Shown here: piece after piece, positions 11,506 through 23,566 of the stretch
Layout of the letters: each line of letters begins with the position of its first letter
Position numbering within the stretch: position 1 is the stretch's first letter
Assembly: GCA_040285825.1 (NCBI GenBank)
Contig: JAUPSS010000009.1
Coordinates: 868,001 to 932,000, forward strand
Direction of reading: 5' to 3'
DNA: 64,000 nt
From: Eukaryota sp. TZLM1-RC
Lineage: Eukaryota; Protista; Metamonada: BaSk clade
Translations under genes and position numbers: made by a program
Notes under the pieces: model-generated
What the model was told of the DNA's origin: nothing
Seen by the model: the letters and a program-made list of their open reading frames with translations, nothing else
The model's database searches: none

Positions 11506-14369
11506 TGTTCATTTCTTTTGTAAAGAATCTTGCTGAAACAAGGGTTTAGTCACAAACATTAACTGATAATTCGGTGGCCACAATGTTTGCCAAAACCTTA
11601 TTTTATTGCATTAAATTTAGGGACACCATATTCTAACCTTCTATTTGATTTCAAGCCATTTTTTCTCCTTCTCCACGCAGTTTTACATAGTCTTTTAACG
11701 TTTTTTTATTACCAACAATAAATCTCCTGGTCATTAGTTTTTGACAAGAGTTGATCCAATAGTTTTTCGAACTTCTTCCCATGTCCCTGATATATACTAT
11801 GCGTGTCTTCTTGCAGCAAGTTAAAATTTATACTGATTGTACATCGGGGGAACTATCTAGTTTAGGGAAAGCAATAAGTTACAATAAACCAGGATTATAA
11901 GCAAGGTGGTAGGAGTTTGATGAATTTGGGGGGAGTGAGAATAAGCGAAATAAGGAAGTGGGAATGAGGTTTGGTTGAGAAGCACGGTATAATTACAATT
12001 TAATTACAAGAATTTGATACAGTTTGACCAAAAATTGAAAGACACTAGATTTTGTGTAAGTCATTAGTGTTGATAAAAATCAATTATTTCAATCAAATAA
12101 AATCAAATATGAAAAATTGCAGAATTTTGATACCCATTTTTTGATTACTGTTCAACATTTTCAAGTATTAAAGAATATTGGTGTAAATAAGCATATTTTT
12201 GGACGTCTACTCACAAGTAATATACATTATTCAAAGTGTTCTGATTCACCTTTCGCATGGTTAGCGATGCCGAAACTGGAGTTTTACTTGAGTCCACAAA
12301 AAGAAACTCGACTTCAACTCGACTCGAGTGATACTCAAGTGGAGTGATCGGCTCCTCTACGCATGGTGAATCCACATTTAGTGCACATGATTACAATAAT
12401 AAATTTGTCTCACTGAGATTTGACAAAATCGAAAGTTTATTTTTCTATTTTTTTTATTTCTAGTTTTTGATGAAAGTATGTTGATCAATTTTGGATCTTT
12501 TTGACAACTTTTATTGCTTTTGACTCTCTTGTCGTCAATTCAGCTACTACTGCAGAATCCTTACACTCCTTCAACATGTCTGTTCCATCATCTACATTAA
12601 TGCTACTGGAGGACAAAAGGATAATGTTAAACCACTTTTAATTATTAAAAAGGGGATTGTTGCATTTGTGTGAACATTTGCATTTCTACTTTTTTAATGA
12701 CTCATTATTCTAAAGAACAGACAATTTCAAAAGAAAGAAAGGTAAAACTGCAAAAGTATTCAACAAATATCTAATGAATTCAGTACATTTGTGAATGTAT
12801 ATAGCAACTGAAAGAACGTACACTAGCCGATTTGGGCTCAGTTAATTCATGTTTCGATCGTTGGAATCACTGAAATACAGCATAACAACCTTATGAACCA
12901 ACAAAGAAAAGGTACATTGCTGAACAAAATGAAGATTGCGGAGATGTGTAACACGGTTTGTATTCAACTGTGAAGACCATAGCAATCGTCATCAAGTTTT
13001 TGGGAAAAGTAAAAGCAAAAAAGTATTTATTACCAATACAACTGATGGTGCGAAACAACTTTCGATTAGTGAAAGCACATACTAGAGTAAGTAGCTCATA
13101 AAAGAGAGGATCAGAGGCAATGATTCATCACTGTCTAAAGACTGTGAACAGGTCTGTTGTTTTCATCAGATAATCATTGTAAGGGAGAGAAACATACTGA
13201 TTCCACACAGACTCCTTCGTACGGAGGAGGAAGAAAATAGAAGTGGGAAAACTTTTTCCAACAAATCCACACTCACCTCTACCTATTTGCTTCACCACCG
13301 GCATTGTCTTCTCTTCCTATGTTCCTTGATCACTCCTCTCCAACTTTTTGCTCTCACTCACCAAATTCCGTGATAATGTCTCTTCACTTGCTCATCTCTT
13401 ACTGTACTCGCTCTTCTTCTCTCAGCTTTCGATGCTGATTTCTATCTCGATTCTTTTGAAATATACTCTTTGATCTGGCAGATGTTCTTCTGTTATCTTA
13501 GTAACTTTTTTGACTCGCAATTGTAATATATTTACCTTAAACAAGAGTAGTTTTTAAACCGTTTACTTACAAACCCATCTTACCTCACAGTACTTTTGTT
13601 TTCAAGGTTTACTCCACTTTAGACATTGTCTGTTGCACTCACAGAGATTTTCATTTTTTATTCAGTTTCTTTCCCTTTGTGAATAACTTTTTCATTAAAA
13701 TTTTCTGAGTCCAAATTTATCAATTTTAGTTGATTCCTTATAGTAAACGTTGAATTTATTTCAATAATTTCAAATTCTTCATTCAATTGACAACGTTTAA
13801 TCTTTGTTTTTGTGTGTTCCGTGGAATTAATTCCAGAAGTTTCCATCATTTATCTGCCCAGAATGTTGCTTTTGTTTAAAAAAACTCTTTTTTGTTTTAT
13901 TTAATTATTTAATTGCAAGATATTATATCCATTTTCTTAATCATTTGTTATTTTCACATCCCTAAATCTAATAATTCTTTGCTTGTTTTAAGTAATTTTT
14001 TGAATAACTAGTATCTTTTATACAGGTTCAATTACTTTTAAGTTTTGAATTTTCATACGATTTTTGTTTTTCACCGAATCTCTACCAAATATTGAGAGTA
14101 ATTCTCCTTATTTAGAGTTTCTATGCAATAAAACATAAACGGCTGAGTAATCATCATTCATTCAGTATTTAACTGTTTGAAGTTGATTACAGTCAAGAAA
14201 AGATCTGAGTCCGTGTGCCTGTATAGTCTACATGTTCTTGGATTTTTTAACAAATTTTCTGCTCAGGTTTATTATTTTGTAATCAAAACTATTTGACAAT
14301 TAATTATCCACAACAGCTCAATTATTATGAGGAGTATTAGTTGTAACTTTTCTATTTGCAATTAGAATC

Positions 14370-15290
14370 TTGAATGAAGTATTATGTATTTCAAACTGAA
14401 AATGTTCTTCATTTTCTATCCATTTATATCAGACTATTTTATTGGATTTTCGATCCAAAAAATACAAACATCAGGCTTGTGACACTTAGAATTTCCTTGA
14501 GGATGCAATTTTTTGGGTTTTTCAAGAGTTTCAGAATTTGCATAAGCCAAGGAAGAGGAAAACAAGGACTGTTTTGCAGCTCCATAACGACCATTTCTGG
14601 AATCTGTAACAACTTTTCTGCAGAATGGACAACAAAGATTATTATTTTCAGAAGAGGAAGGAGAGTGAGCACTGGGAGCATTTGAAGATCAGCGGAATTA
14701 CTATTTTCGGCACAATTCAAGTAGACATCGACTAGAACAGAACATTGGAGAATTTTTTGAGCAGAATTTAATTCAATTTCTTTTTTTTTCTTTTTCAGGG
14801 CGTGTTCTCGAATCATGACCACTGATACCGCAAATCGAACATTCTTTATAACGTTTTAAACACTGATCTGGAAACGATTTATTGGCAAAATGATTTTCAC
14901 AAGAAGTTGCATTAGTTTCAATTTTGTGTTTTGCAGACCTGGCATTGTTTGCAAAACGCACAACTGAACGTAAAAAACGAACAGGAGGCTTTCTGTAGTT
15001 AAATTCGATTTTGGGACCTTTGAATTTTTAGAAAAATTTCCAGCATGAGGTAAGGAGTGTAAAGAATGACTAGGTTGCAAAGATGGCGAAAATGAAGAAG
15101 GAAGAAGTGAAGAAGGAGAAGAATATTTGTTGACATTATCAGTAACACTTCGTTCAGTGTATATTGCTTACCAATTGGTGTCGCCACCATTGTCAGGACA
15201 CATTGTCAGGACCGTGAAAGTCTTACCAATAGACTAGCAAGTAAACAAGACAGAAATTTAGGGTGATGAAAGAGGGAGGAAAAAATAGGG
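14370..15290 (-). mobile_element. Decayed 5' part of a family A-related CRE-like retrotransposon
   Basis: CSICGISGHDSRT zinc knuckle and GRYGAAKQSLFSS..LEKPKKLHP match 60531-62129. The 5' end carries the TTTTTTCCTCCCT motif seen at other element starts. Confidence 0.8.
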
Positions 15291-15409
15291 CCGTGTTATT
15301 GATGTCAATACAAGAATTGAAAGTGTTGATACAATAATGCGCGCTGTCTATAATGACAATGAAATAACAAGTAAAATTAAAAACCATCTTAACAATTATC
15401 TCTGTCTTA

Positions 15410-16010
15410 ATGCCTGTCGTAACACTTCTTCATTCCACATTTCACAGTTTTCATAAAGAAATAGCTCTATTGCTAATGTTTCAGGATGCAATCTGTGAAG
15501 ATTCAGAGCAAGTTGTTGTCGAGTCAGACTAAACAGTTTTTCACATGCATTAGGTGAGGGTGGAATGAATAACGGAAACAGGAAGAACGAAATCTTGAGG
15601 ACAGTTGTAGATCATGGGCTTTTCTAGAGGCCTCAAAAACAAGACTCACTGGCTCTTGTTCTTCAACGATAACGTCTTGTTGTTTCACCAGTAATAAGTG
15701 ATGTGCTTTTGCCTTTTTTTCTGCAGTTAGACTTGGTTTTTCTAAACTTAAGATCCTTACCACAGCACATTCAAATTGAGAGGAGTGCATAATAGGACTC
15801 GGATAGGATAAGTGATTTGTCATTACCGAAAGAGAAAGTTGGTGGAAATCAAAGGCAAGTTTGGCATCAAGAAGAGATAAATTAGCCTTTTGTAACCTTT
15901 GGGTGGTTTCTTCAAACATGGAAAACTTGGAAAATAATTCAGTAAGAAATTGTTCTTCCAGCCTTGTAGACAAAAGTTGAGTAACTGCTGCATCAATTCG
16001 GGGATTTCTT
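15410..16010 (-). mobile_element. hAT-superfamily transposase C-terminal remnant
   Basis: FEETTQRLQKANLSLLDAK, then after a frameshift PPTSNACEKLFS...HRLHPETL, which fits the hAT dimerization motif (PxTSxxxERxFS). Confidence 0.65.
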
Positions 16011-16479
16011 AACCACTTGTATTTCCGCTTTGAAGAGCGTCCCTGTAAATTATTCCCGTATAATTACGGGCAATTCTTCTTTGAGGAATTAGTTTTTACC
16101 CAAGCCTACCTACAAGGAACGGAGAGGGTAAAATATGGTTTCCAGTATCATGGCAACATAAGAGTAGAGGATGTCTTTTTGCAACGGAAGAGGTTCCTTT
16201 AGATTTGTAGAAGCTTTTGGTGAGTTCTTAGTTATTGGATTCTTTACTGGGAGGGAAGAAGTCCCTACACCTAGCTTCAATTCCCAGTAGTACTTAAGTG
16301 TAGAGGGGATTTCACAAATCTTCTGGCGAATTTCTGCGTGAAGTACTCTTCGTGTAACTCTAGTAGGGAGCAACGAAAACAAAAATACAAAAAGGCTTTC
16401 ATTAAAGATCAAAAATCTCAATTACGACGGATTTGTGAACCTCATCTGCAGGCGCACCATACCTATCATTTGTTGCTAC

Positions 16480-17420
16480 CTCATTCCATTCAAATTGGTC
16501 AAAAATTACTTTAGCTTTAGTGTAAAAACCTCCATGAACATTAAAAACCAGAGCAACAACAATTAGTAAACAATTTGGTTTATTAAATTCAATTCTCTTA
16601 AAATTGAATATTTTGAAATTTCATCAGAATATGCTTTCGAAAACACATCACTTCAATTATTACCACAACCTCCAACTATGGTAACATCAAAAGCAATTTT
16701 AGTTGATGTTTGAAAGCCATCAACACGTAACTGAAACCAAATTTGAATTTCCTTCTCAGATTCAAAATTATTTAATTCGTTAATCAATTATTGACTTTGT
16801 CATGTCTTTGTGTAACCATTCTTTATGCCTTTTTACATTGAAACGAGTGATCTAAGCCTAGGTCTCCATAACCGCACAAAGTACATATCACAAATTGTTC
16901 TCATTGAAGCAAGCTCAGATTTATTAGGTATTTAAAGCAATCATCTGAGAACGTGAAATTTTGAGAAATAGGCAAAACTTTCAAGAATCAAGATGATTGA
17001 CTGTCACAATTTGAAATAAATTGTAGTCGTCAAATTTTGATAGTTTTTCCTTCAAAAAACTCAATTTTTCCTTAAAAAAATAAATGCGTGACTTGACGTT
17101 GGCAAATTTTAATTCGTTTGTCCCAAATCAAAGTCAAAACCAGCAAAAAAAGGTGATAAAGCTGATAGTAAAACCCTATACTGATCTCTTGGAATTAAAT
17201 TTGTTAAATCAAGATCACGTACAGCCAAGTATACAGAAATTGAATAGCAAATATGTGCAACTTGGCCCAGATGGAGAAACCCTAATCCTCCCAAAGAATG
17301 AGGCAAATAAATTAAATTAAAACTATTTGATTCTTCCAATCCTATGAAGTTGAAATAAGCAACAAATTCTGAAACCCAAAGATAAAAACCCATTATGGTG
17401 GATTCAGAAGGTTGAGGAAA
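16480..17420 (-). mobile_element. Diverged, decayed 3' fragment of a family D-related retrotransposon
   Basis: GFYLWVSEF..LIYLPHSLGGLGFLHLGQVAHICYSISVYLAVRDLDL parallels family D GFHLWKAEF..FFIPLESGGLGFQDLSVVANIAYSCSLYSSVKDLNL; downstream GLDHSFQC and KIAFDVTIVGG are also shared. Confidence 0.8.
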
Positions 17421-17599
17421 CACAACAAAAGAATACTTCGAAGGAGAACACCCTAGACGAGCGATCACAAACTAAACAAAAACAGTGTGTATCATGGAGT
17501 TGGATCACAGATCTGAAATAATGAAGGACTTAAAATCATATGAGACTGAGTTTAAGCTAAACTCCAATTGAACCCATCTAGACAAAATTATCGACGAAA

Positions 17600-19545
17600 A
17601 TTAAAAAAAAACAGATAACAATTGAGAAATATCAGGAAATCCTAGAGTGTTAGGACAACAATAGTAAACTTTGCTAGGATTTTCTGCCAATGGTAAATAA
17701 TCAAGCTTGGTCTTGGGAACAGTAGCTGTTCTAAGTGAGATAACCAAACCTAAAGAAACAACTCCGTGAAGGTCAGGAGCAAACAGGTTGGAAACGATCG
17801 TATTGAAAGCAAGTCTTTTTTGTTGCTTTCACTTGAATTCTGACAATACCAATAACATTTGCAGCACTTTTGCTATTTATAAGACATTGAACAAAACTAT
17901 TGGGATCTGTTTCTTCAAGAACGGATTAATGGATCATTGGTAAAATTGCATTTATACCAGGATTGTTGACGGGCATAAGAAGTAGAGTACGTTCCTTAAA
18001 GGCTGACCACAATCGAGAATAAAACACAGCATAGTCCTCAAATACACCTTTTTCTGTCAAAACCTCTAACTGGGTGGCTGATAAACGCCATTGGTTGAAG
18101 GGAAATTCAACTTGTGATTGGACATCACAATAAGACGGCATAGAAGGTTTAATGCAAGTCCCAAGTTGTCGGAATTCAAATACCCCAACCTCCCGCATTT
18201 TGCAATTGAGAAACGACTCGAGGGATGTTAAAGTAAGAAAAGGAACACCTGACGCAATGTTGTGAGATTTTTTGCAATGTTGAAGATGAAACAGCAACAT
18301 GAGGCAAGCAAATGACTCCATCAACAAACCAAGAGAGCTGGCACTGATGGGAACAGGTAGGAATGACATCAAAACGTTCTTGGCAGCTCTGTTGAATTGT
18401 TCCTGATCTTCAAGATAAGACCATAGAAAGCTCATAACAAGAGGATCTTTTAGTGGACGACACTTGTAAAGAAAAGGAAGTGACTGAGCAACATTCTCAG
18501 GTAAGTTCACCCCCTCAAGTACATGAAAGCCATTTTCAACAACTTCACAAATATTATTGTGAGAAACCAAACCAAAATTGGCAACAAGAGTAAAAAAACT
18601 CCAGTGGATGCTCCTAATTTGAAAGATTTCATAGCGTTATCTACTTTACCCCGAATGGCCGGTAAAAAATTCAAAAATCTGTTAGCTGCAGCATAAGCTG
18701 TCCAAACAGGACGAATAGTTGTACAATCTGATATAGTGAGAAGAGGGTCTATGGGTGTATCAGGTGAATGACGTTCAGAGTACAGGGAGGGATCCAAGGC
18801 AGTAAAAACAGTCATAAAATGTGATATTGTGTTAGCCTTGAAAATTGGTCCAAGTAAATACAAAGGAGGCTTTGGAGGACGATAAGACGAAACATTGATA
18901 GTATCCGAAACAAATCCTTTAAGCGACATATGAGTGCCAGATACTAAAGCCATAACTGGTTTTAAAGTAGCTAGATTACGAATAGCATATCGCAGGCAAC
19001 GATATAAATTCCATTGAGGACCAAGTTGAATGTGTGAAGTAAAGGAAGAACTGAACAATAAAGTTCCAACTTCATCAAGACATACCACATACTTATCCAT
19101 TGGCAAGTCTTGAATAAGAGATTCTACAAACTGAGCATGATCCTGGTTGTCAAAAGGTTGCTTGCACGATTTCACAAAGGAAAGAAACCTGGAAGATGTA
19201 CTAGAAATAATGCTCTTTAAATACTTCATCCAACCATCTGCAGTGTTTAATAAAACAGTGTCCAGTGGAGATTCTTGCAAGATTTCAACAATAAGCCACT
19301 CAAAATAAATGACCACAACAGCAATACGTTGTTCTAGGCTATAAGATTTATCTAAAGGAATAAAATCCTGAAAAATATCCGATAATTTCACAGTGGGTGG
19401 CCAAGTGTAACAGACATTTTCAGAGTTGTTTCTATTTTTTTCTATTCTAGAAAATGAGAAATATGATATTCCAGTGTTGGGATAATCAAAAGTCTTCACA
19501 CATTCCAACATTAAGCGCGTTTTCACGCGTTTTCACACCTTTCGC
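17600..19545 (-). pseudogene. Crinkler-like P-loop NTPase + putative nuclease gene, 5'-truncated and frameshifted
   Basis: Walker A remnant (KTRLMLE, with a local duplication of gtgaaaacgc), Walker B VVCLDEV, NLYRCLRYAI, and a C-terminal MPVNNPGINAILP resembling the start of a CR-REase. Split over ORFs 18507-19526 and 17926-18570. Confidence 0.5.
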
Positions 19546-19954
19546 ACAACTTTTAGTTTTCCAAATTTCTTCATTCCAAATTTTTTTTGAAACATTTTTT
19601 GTTTTTTCTTACAAAATATTTCCAGAAGGATGAAATATTCCAAACTAGTGATATGAATGTTGGTGAATTTGTGTCAGATTGGATTGCAGTGTCGAATGAA
19701 TATTGACTCGATTGCCCATTGTTAAACTTGTATCTCGTGAATAATGTTGTTAACTGATTAATTTTGAATTCAGCATTTCCATTGAAAAAGGAATTGTACT
19801 GACGGGACTAATTTCTACTGGAATCTGAATGGGAGGTTTAACAGTGTCAGAGGAACAGTGTCAGTTCGTGAGGAGAACATCCCTGGGAATAGGGAAAACA
19901 TACAGGATTTTTTATCTCTGTTGGGACTTCTGAGGAATTACCCGCATTAATTAC

Positions 19955-20147
19955 TGTTGAGGGTGCCCTTGAAGTCAAGTGGTAGTTAAACATTGGAGGT
20001 ACGCTTTATTTCAGGAAACGGGTACGAAGCTAGGCGAGAAAGAAAGAAGGAGGAAAAATAGAATTCTTCCTTTAAGAATATACTCACTAGTGAACCTAAT
20101 AACACCAATAATCTATTAATCTATAAATAGCAGCTGTTCTGCTAACA
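19955..20147 (-). repeat. Possible LTR of an element related to the Gypsy at 51868-59270, with an adjacent decayed gag start
   Basis: TGTT...AACA termini. The right end (ctattaatctataaatag...ctaaca) resembles the intact LTR end (ctattaactataaatac...ctaaca). No partner LTR or TSD found. Confidence 0.35.
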
Positions 20148-21149
20148 ATTCTACCTAGATTAAATGGATTTGTCCTTTCATCAATGTTTGGTTGATTTAA
20201 AGTGTAGCTATTTGAAACCTGAGCAAATCATTTTCTCAGAATGGTAATCACGGTGTGAACAAGGTTTGACATTTATTTAGAACGTGCTTGTCCTTCTTGT
20301 TGTGATCTCTCTTGCACTACAGAAACCCAATCACAAAACACTTTGAAATGATGAGGAAAAAACTGACCCTTCCATAACAACAACTCGAACTGATGCTGGA
20401 ACGTCTCTATTTTGTTCAGGTACATCAATCGTAAAACTCGAGCATGGTCAGATGGATTAATGAAAGCTGAATTTGATGTATTTTGGCCTCGAACACGTGT
20501 TCTCAAGGTTTTTATACCACATGTGGTTCTTCATATTCTCATTTAAATCCATCGAGCTCTGACAGGTGAGTCAACCATTTCAACAGTCTGGTAAAGTCAG
20601 CAGAAACGAGACGTAAATGAGTATTGTAAGAGTTGACTATGTATTCTGATTATTTCCATCATCCAAAAATGAGAGTGTAAGGAAAAGAAAACGGCAAACT
20701 ACGACAAGAGGAATAGATGAGTTGTTTACCCAAGTACTCTCCTCAATAGCAGGAAAATAACGAAGATACTTATCTGAAAGAAAATTTCGAGTTACATTAG
20801 TAGCCTTTCTGGGTAAATACAGAGGTACCTTTCTTTTTTTTTCTTTTTTTCTTTTTTTTCAGGGAGGGAAATTAAAAGAGAATGAAGGTGTTGGTTGAAG
20901 CAGTGTTAGTTTAACAAATTCAATGCTCTCAGTATATTTTGGAAAAGCGTGGCGAATTTGGGTTAATGTGTATATATCCAGGTGGTGTAAAAGACCTTCC
21001 CGTTGTCACTCTGTGCTAACTACACTGCGTAAAACACCGATGGCTTCCGAATGCTGACATGATTTAAAGAGGAACATAAGATGATCAGCAAGTGCTGGAA
21101 AATGATGTTCAATAAGTGTCTCAGGAACCTCGTCAATGAGCACCCGTGT

Positions 21150-21900
21150 TGCTATATGACGACAGTAATTGGGCGTGAATTAGCAAAATCAGTATCATAA
21201 AGTGATTTTCTCTCTTATGGGACCAGTGTCATTGAATCAAAAAGGTCATTGATGATGCCACAGCAATTGTTGATTTCATTCGAGGAAACGTCGAGATGGA
21301 AGCATCATTTGAAAAATCGTCATCCGTGACACTATTACGTCCAGCTAGTAGGCGTTTCTATACTAGTTATATCTTGTTGCAAAGCATAAACACCATATCG
21401 GAGAAGATCAAGATGCTTATTGCTGCCTCTGCCACATAAAACGTTGTCAACGAAGGAGGTTCAAGAGTTCAAAAAGTATTTCAGAGAGTAAATTTAATCA
21501 TTCATAATATACAATATGACTTGTGGTAGCGATTAAGCTCTTTAACAAACTACCTGAAGCCTTTGATTTCGGTACTGAAAGTAACAGACACTAACCAATT
21601 GCTTATCTCAAAGATGTACAAAGAGATGTGTCACGAGCTGACAGATTTTTATCTTATCAGTGATTGTAGTTTTTTAGCAGACTTAGAAATAGTTTCAACA
21701 GTTGGAAGCCTCAATCACAGAATATCCTTGGCATGTTCACTCCTATTTTATTTTGCTTCCTTTTTTTGAGGCCCTGAATTTTAGGCACAGTGTGAACAAG
21801 CAGCTGATTACACTATTGGTACCTTTAGAACTGTGGTGAGGATTGTTGTTTGTCCAGACATTGCAATAAAAGTGTACAGTGAATGGCATAGTTTTTGCAT
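21150..21900 (+). mobile_element. Decayed hAT-like transposase fragment
   Basis: IKKVIDDATAIVDFIR...LLRPASRRFYTSYILLQSI and LKPLISVLKVTDT resemble the hAT catalytic region (PxxTRF); many stops. Confidence 0.45.
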
Positions 21901-22170
21901 AAGAAAAGGTCACTACTGTCAAAAATCTACATGGAAAAGAGCACCCAACATAAGAAATTGATTTTGTGTAGGTTTAGTGTACACACTATATGTAAAAAGA
22001 TAGATTATTTTTCTAGTTATAATACTGACAATTCTTGCTTGTTTAGGTTCAAGGTCAAAGGGGATAAAAGGAATGTTTTAACTGAAATCTAAAATTGAAA
22101 AAATAATAATAGCTCTTCCTCTGTGCATTTCACTTCCAATTCCCCACCTATTTCTCCGCTCTTCTTTTGA

Positions 22171-22911
22171 ATGGACTATCCTCCAGACGCTTATTTTTAT
22201 GATGACTTTATGGAATCCAATCCTCATTTTGGTGAATCGCCGATAGAGTCACCAATAAATCAAGTACCTACGTTACCATCACCCACGTTGTCTTTAACTC
22301 AGTTGCCTGAAGCCAAGGAATTACTGACTGGTCTTGAGTACCGACTGTATAAAAAAGGCAAGAAATTCATAGAACCTGCTGGCCCGCAAACGCTCTACTA
22401 CACCACAATTCCAACAGCAGATGAAATCAGGGACTTACTCATCAATAACTGGAAAGACACAGCCGTGAAGAAAACTCTAGCCGTTCATCCTACTTGGACG
22501 CCAGTTGTACTCTTGAAGCGAGTGAATGCAAAGAATTGGAAGCCCCTTTCGGACACATCTTTGAACACTTGGCTTGAGGAGACAGATCTTTCTTCAATTT
22601 TTTATCTTTTCCAACTAAGGTATGACTTTGATGCAGGACAATATGATGCGTGGCTACAACAAAAAGAACATGTAGAACGTGTTGAAGTTGATGGAACCTC
22701 TCTCCAAGCATCCTTTGAGAACTCCCTCAAAGCAGATACCAAGTACTGGGATATCTGGGCAGCCGCCATCTCAAAAGGTGTTGCAGATTTGAACGAGCCT
22801 CCTGCAACAATCGCTAAATACTATTCTCACAAACGCCGCTTTGAGCTGACAGCGACAGACTCCCTTTATCGAGATCTAACTTCTTGCTTCCGTGCGTCTC
22901 GAAAAAATTGA
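22171..22911 (+). CDS. Hypothetical protein, probably continuing by frameshift to 23077; possibly transposon-associated
   Basis: 246-aa ORF with ATG start and protein-like composition; the overlapping ORF 22892-23077 follows an A-run. No family recognised. Confidence 0.5.
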   Translation: MDYPPDAYFYDDFMESNPHFGESPIESPINQVPTLPSPTLSLTQLPEAKELLTGLEYRLYKKGKKFIEPAGPQTLYYTTIPTADEIRDLLINNWKDTAVKKTLAVHPTWTPVVLLKRVNAKNWKPLSDTSLNTWLEETDLSSIFYLFQLRYDFDAGQYDAWLQQKEHVERVEVDGTSLQASFENSLKADTKYWDIWAAAISKGVADLNEPPATIAKYYSHKRRFELTATDSLYRDLTSCFRASRKN

Positions 22912-23566
22912 CCACCAATGTTCGGAATATCGCCGAACTTTGATGACCAGATCTTTTGCAGAGCAGGAAGAGTTTCTCCTGAACAATTTCGGCACAAACC
23001 GTGATCCAGTGGTAGTGACTCCACCAGTGAAACGCAAATTGTTACAAACTTTAGACATTTTTCATGCCAATATCTAAAAATCAATAAATAAACTATTTAT
23101 TATATTGTCTATTGTTTTCAAATGATTGTTGTAAAAATTCAGCCCTTGATCCTGTCAAATAAGGCGACCAATAGTACTGTCCATCACGATAACCTGCAAT
23201 TTTTTAAGTTGAAGTAAATTGACATCAGAAAAAAAATGATCGGTGTTAAACGGCATGGATTTTGAGAAGTGGGAATGGAAATGGCAATTCACCAATTTTG
23301 CAAAATACTGCTCGAAATGCATATTTCACATTTTCCTCACACTCTCACAATCAAATGTCATCTGATAACATAACCCCTGATTCATCTGTAGGTCGACAGC
23401 TTGACTTTTCATCTGTTGTTTCCAGTAATACAATCAGTCTAGTTGCTCCACCAGGAGGTGCCAGCAGTAGTTGCTCTGTTGGTGTTCTTTTCTGCTTATC
23501 AGGACGTAGAAATAACAAGTTAGACATCGACAGCCTTACACTTGATTACAAAAATCTAACTGATAT

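Noticed and set aside
11818-12008. Purine-rich TGTA...TACA segment as a solo LTR
   Set aside because: No TSD and no second copy in the window.
12270-12360. ACTCGA-rich segment ending in a TAGAG-like terminus, with similar TCGAGT repeats at 3790-3845
   Set aside because: Suggests hAT subterminal repeats, but no matching TIR pair or TSD could be identified.
16010-16430. Possible gag-like fragment between the hAT and family D-like remnants
   Set aside because: No diagnostic motif; similarity is too weak to call.
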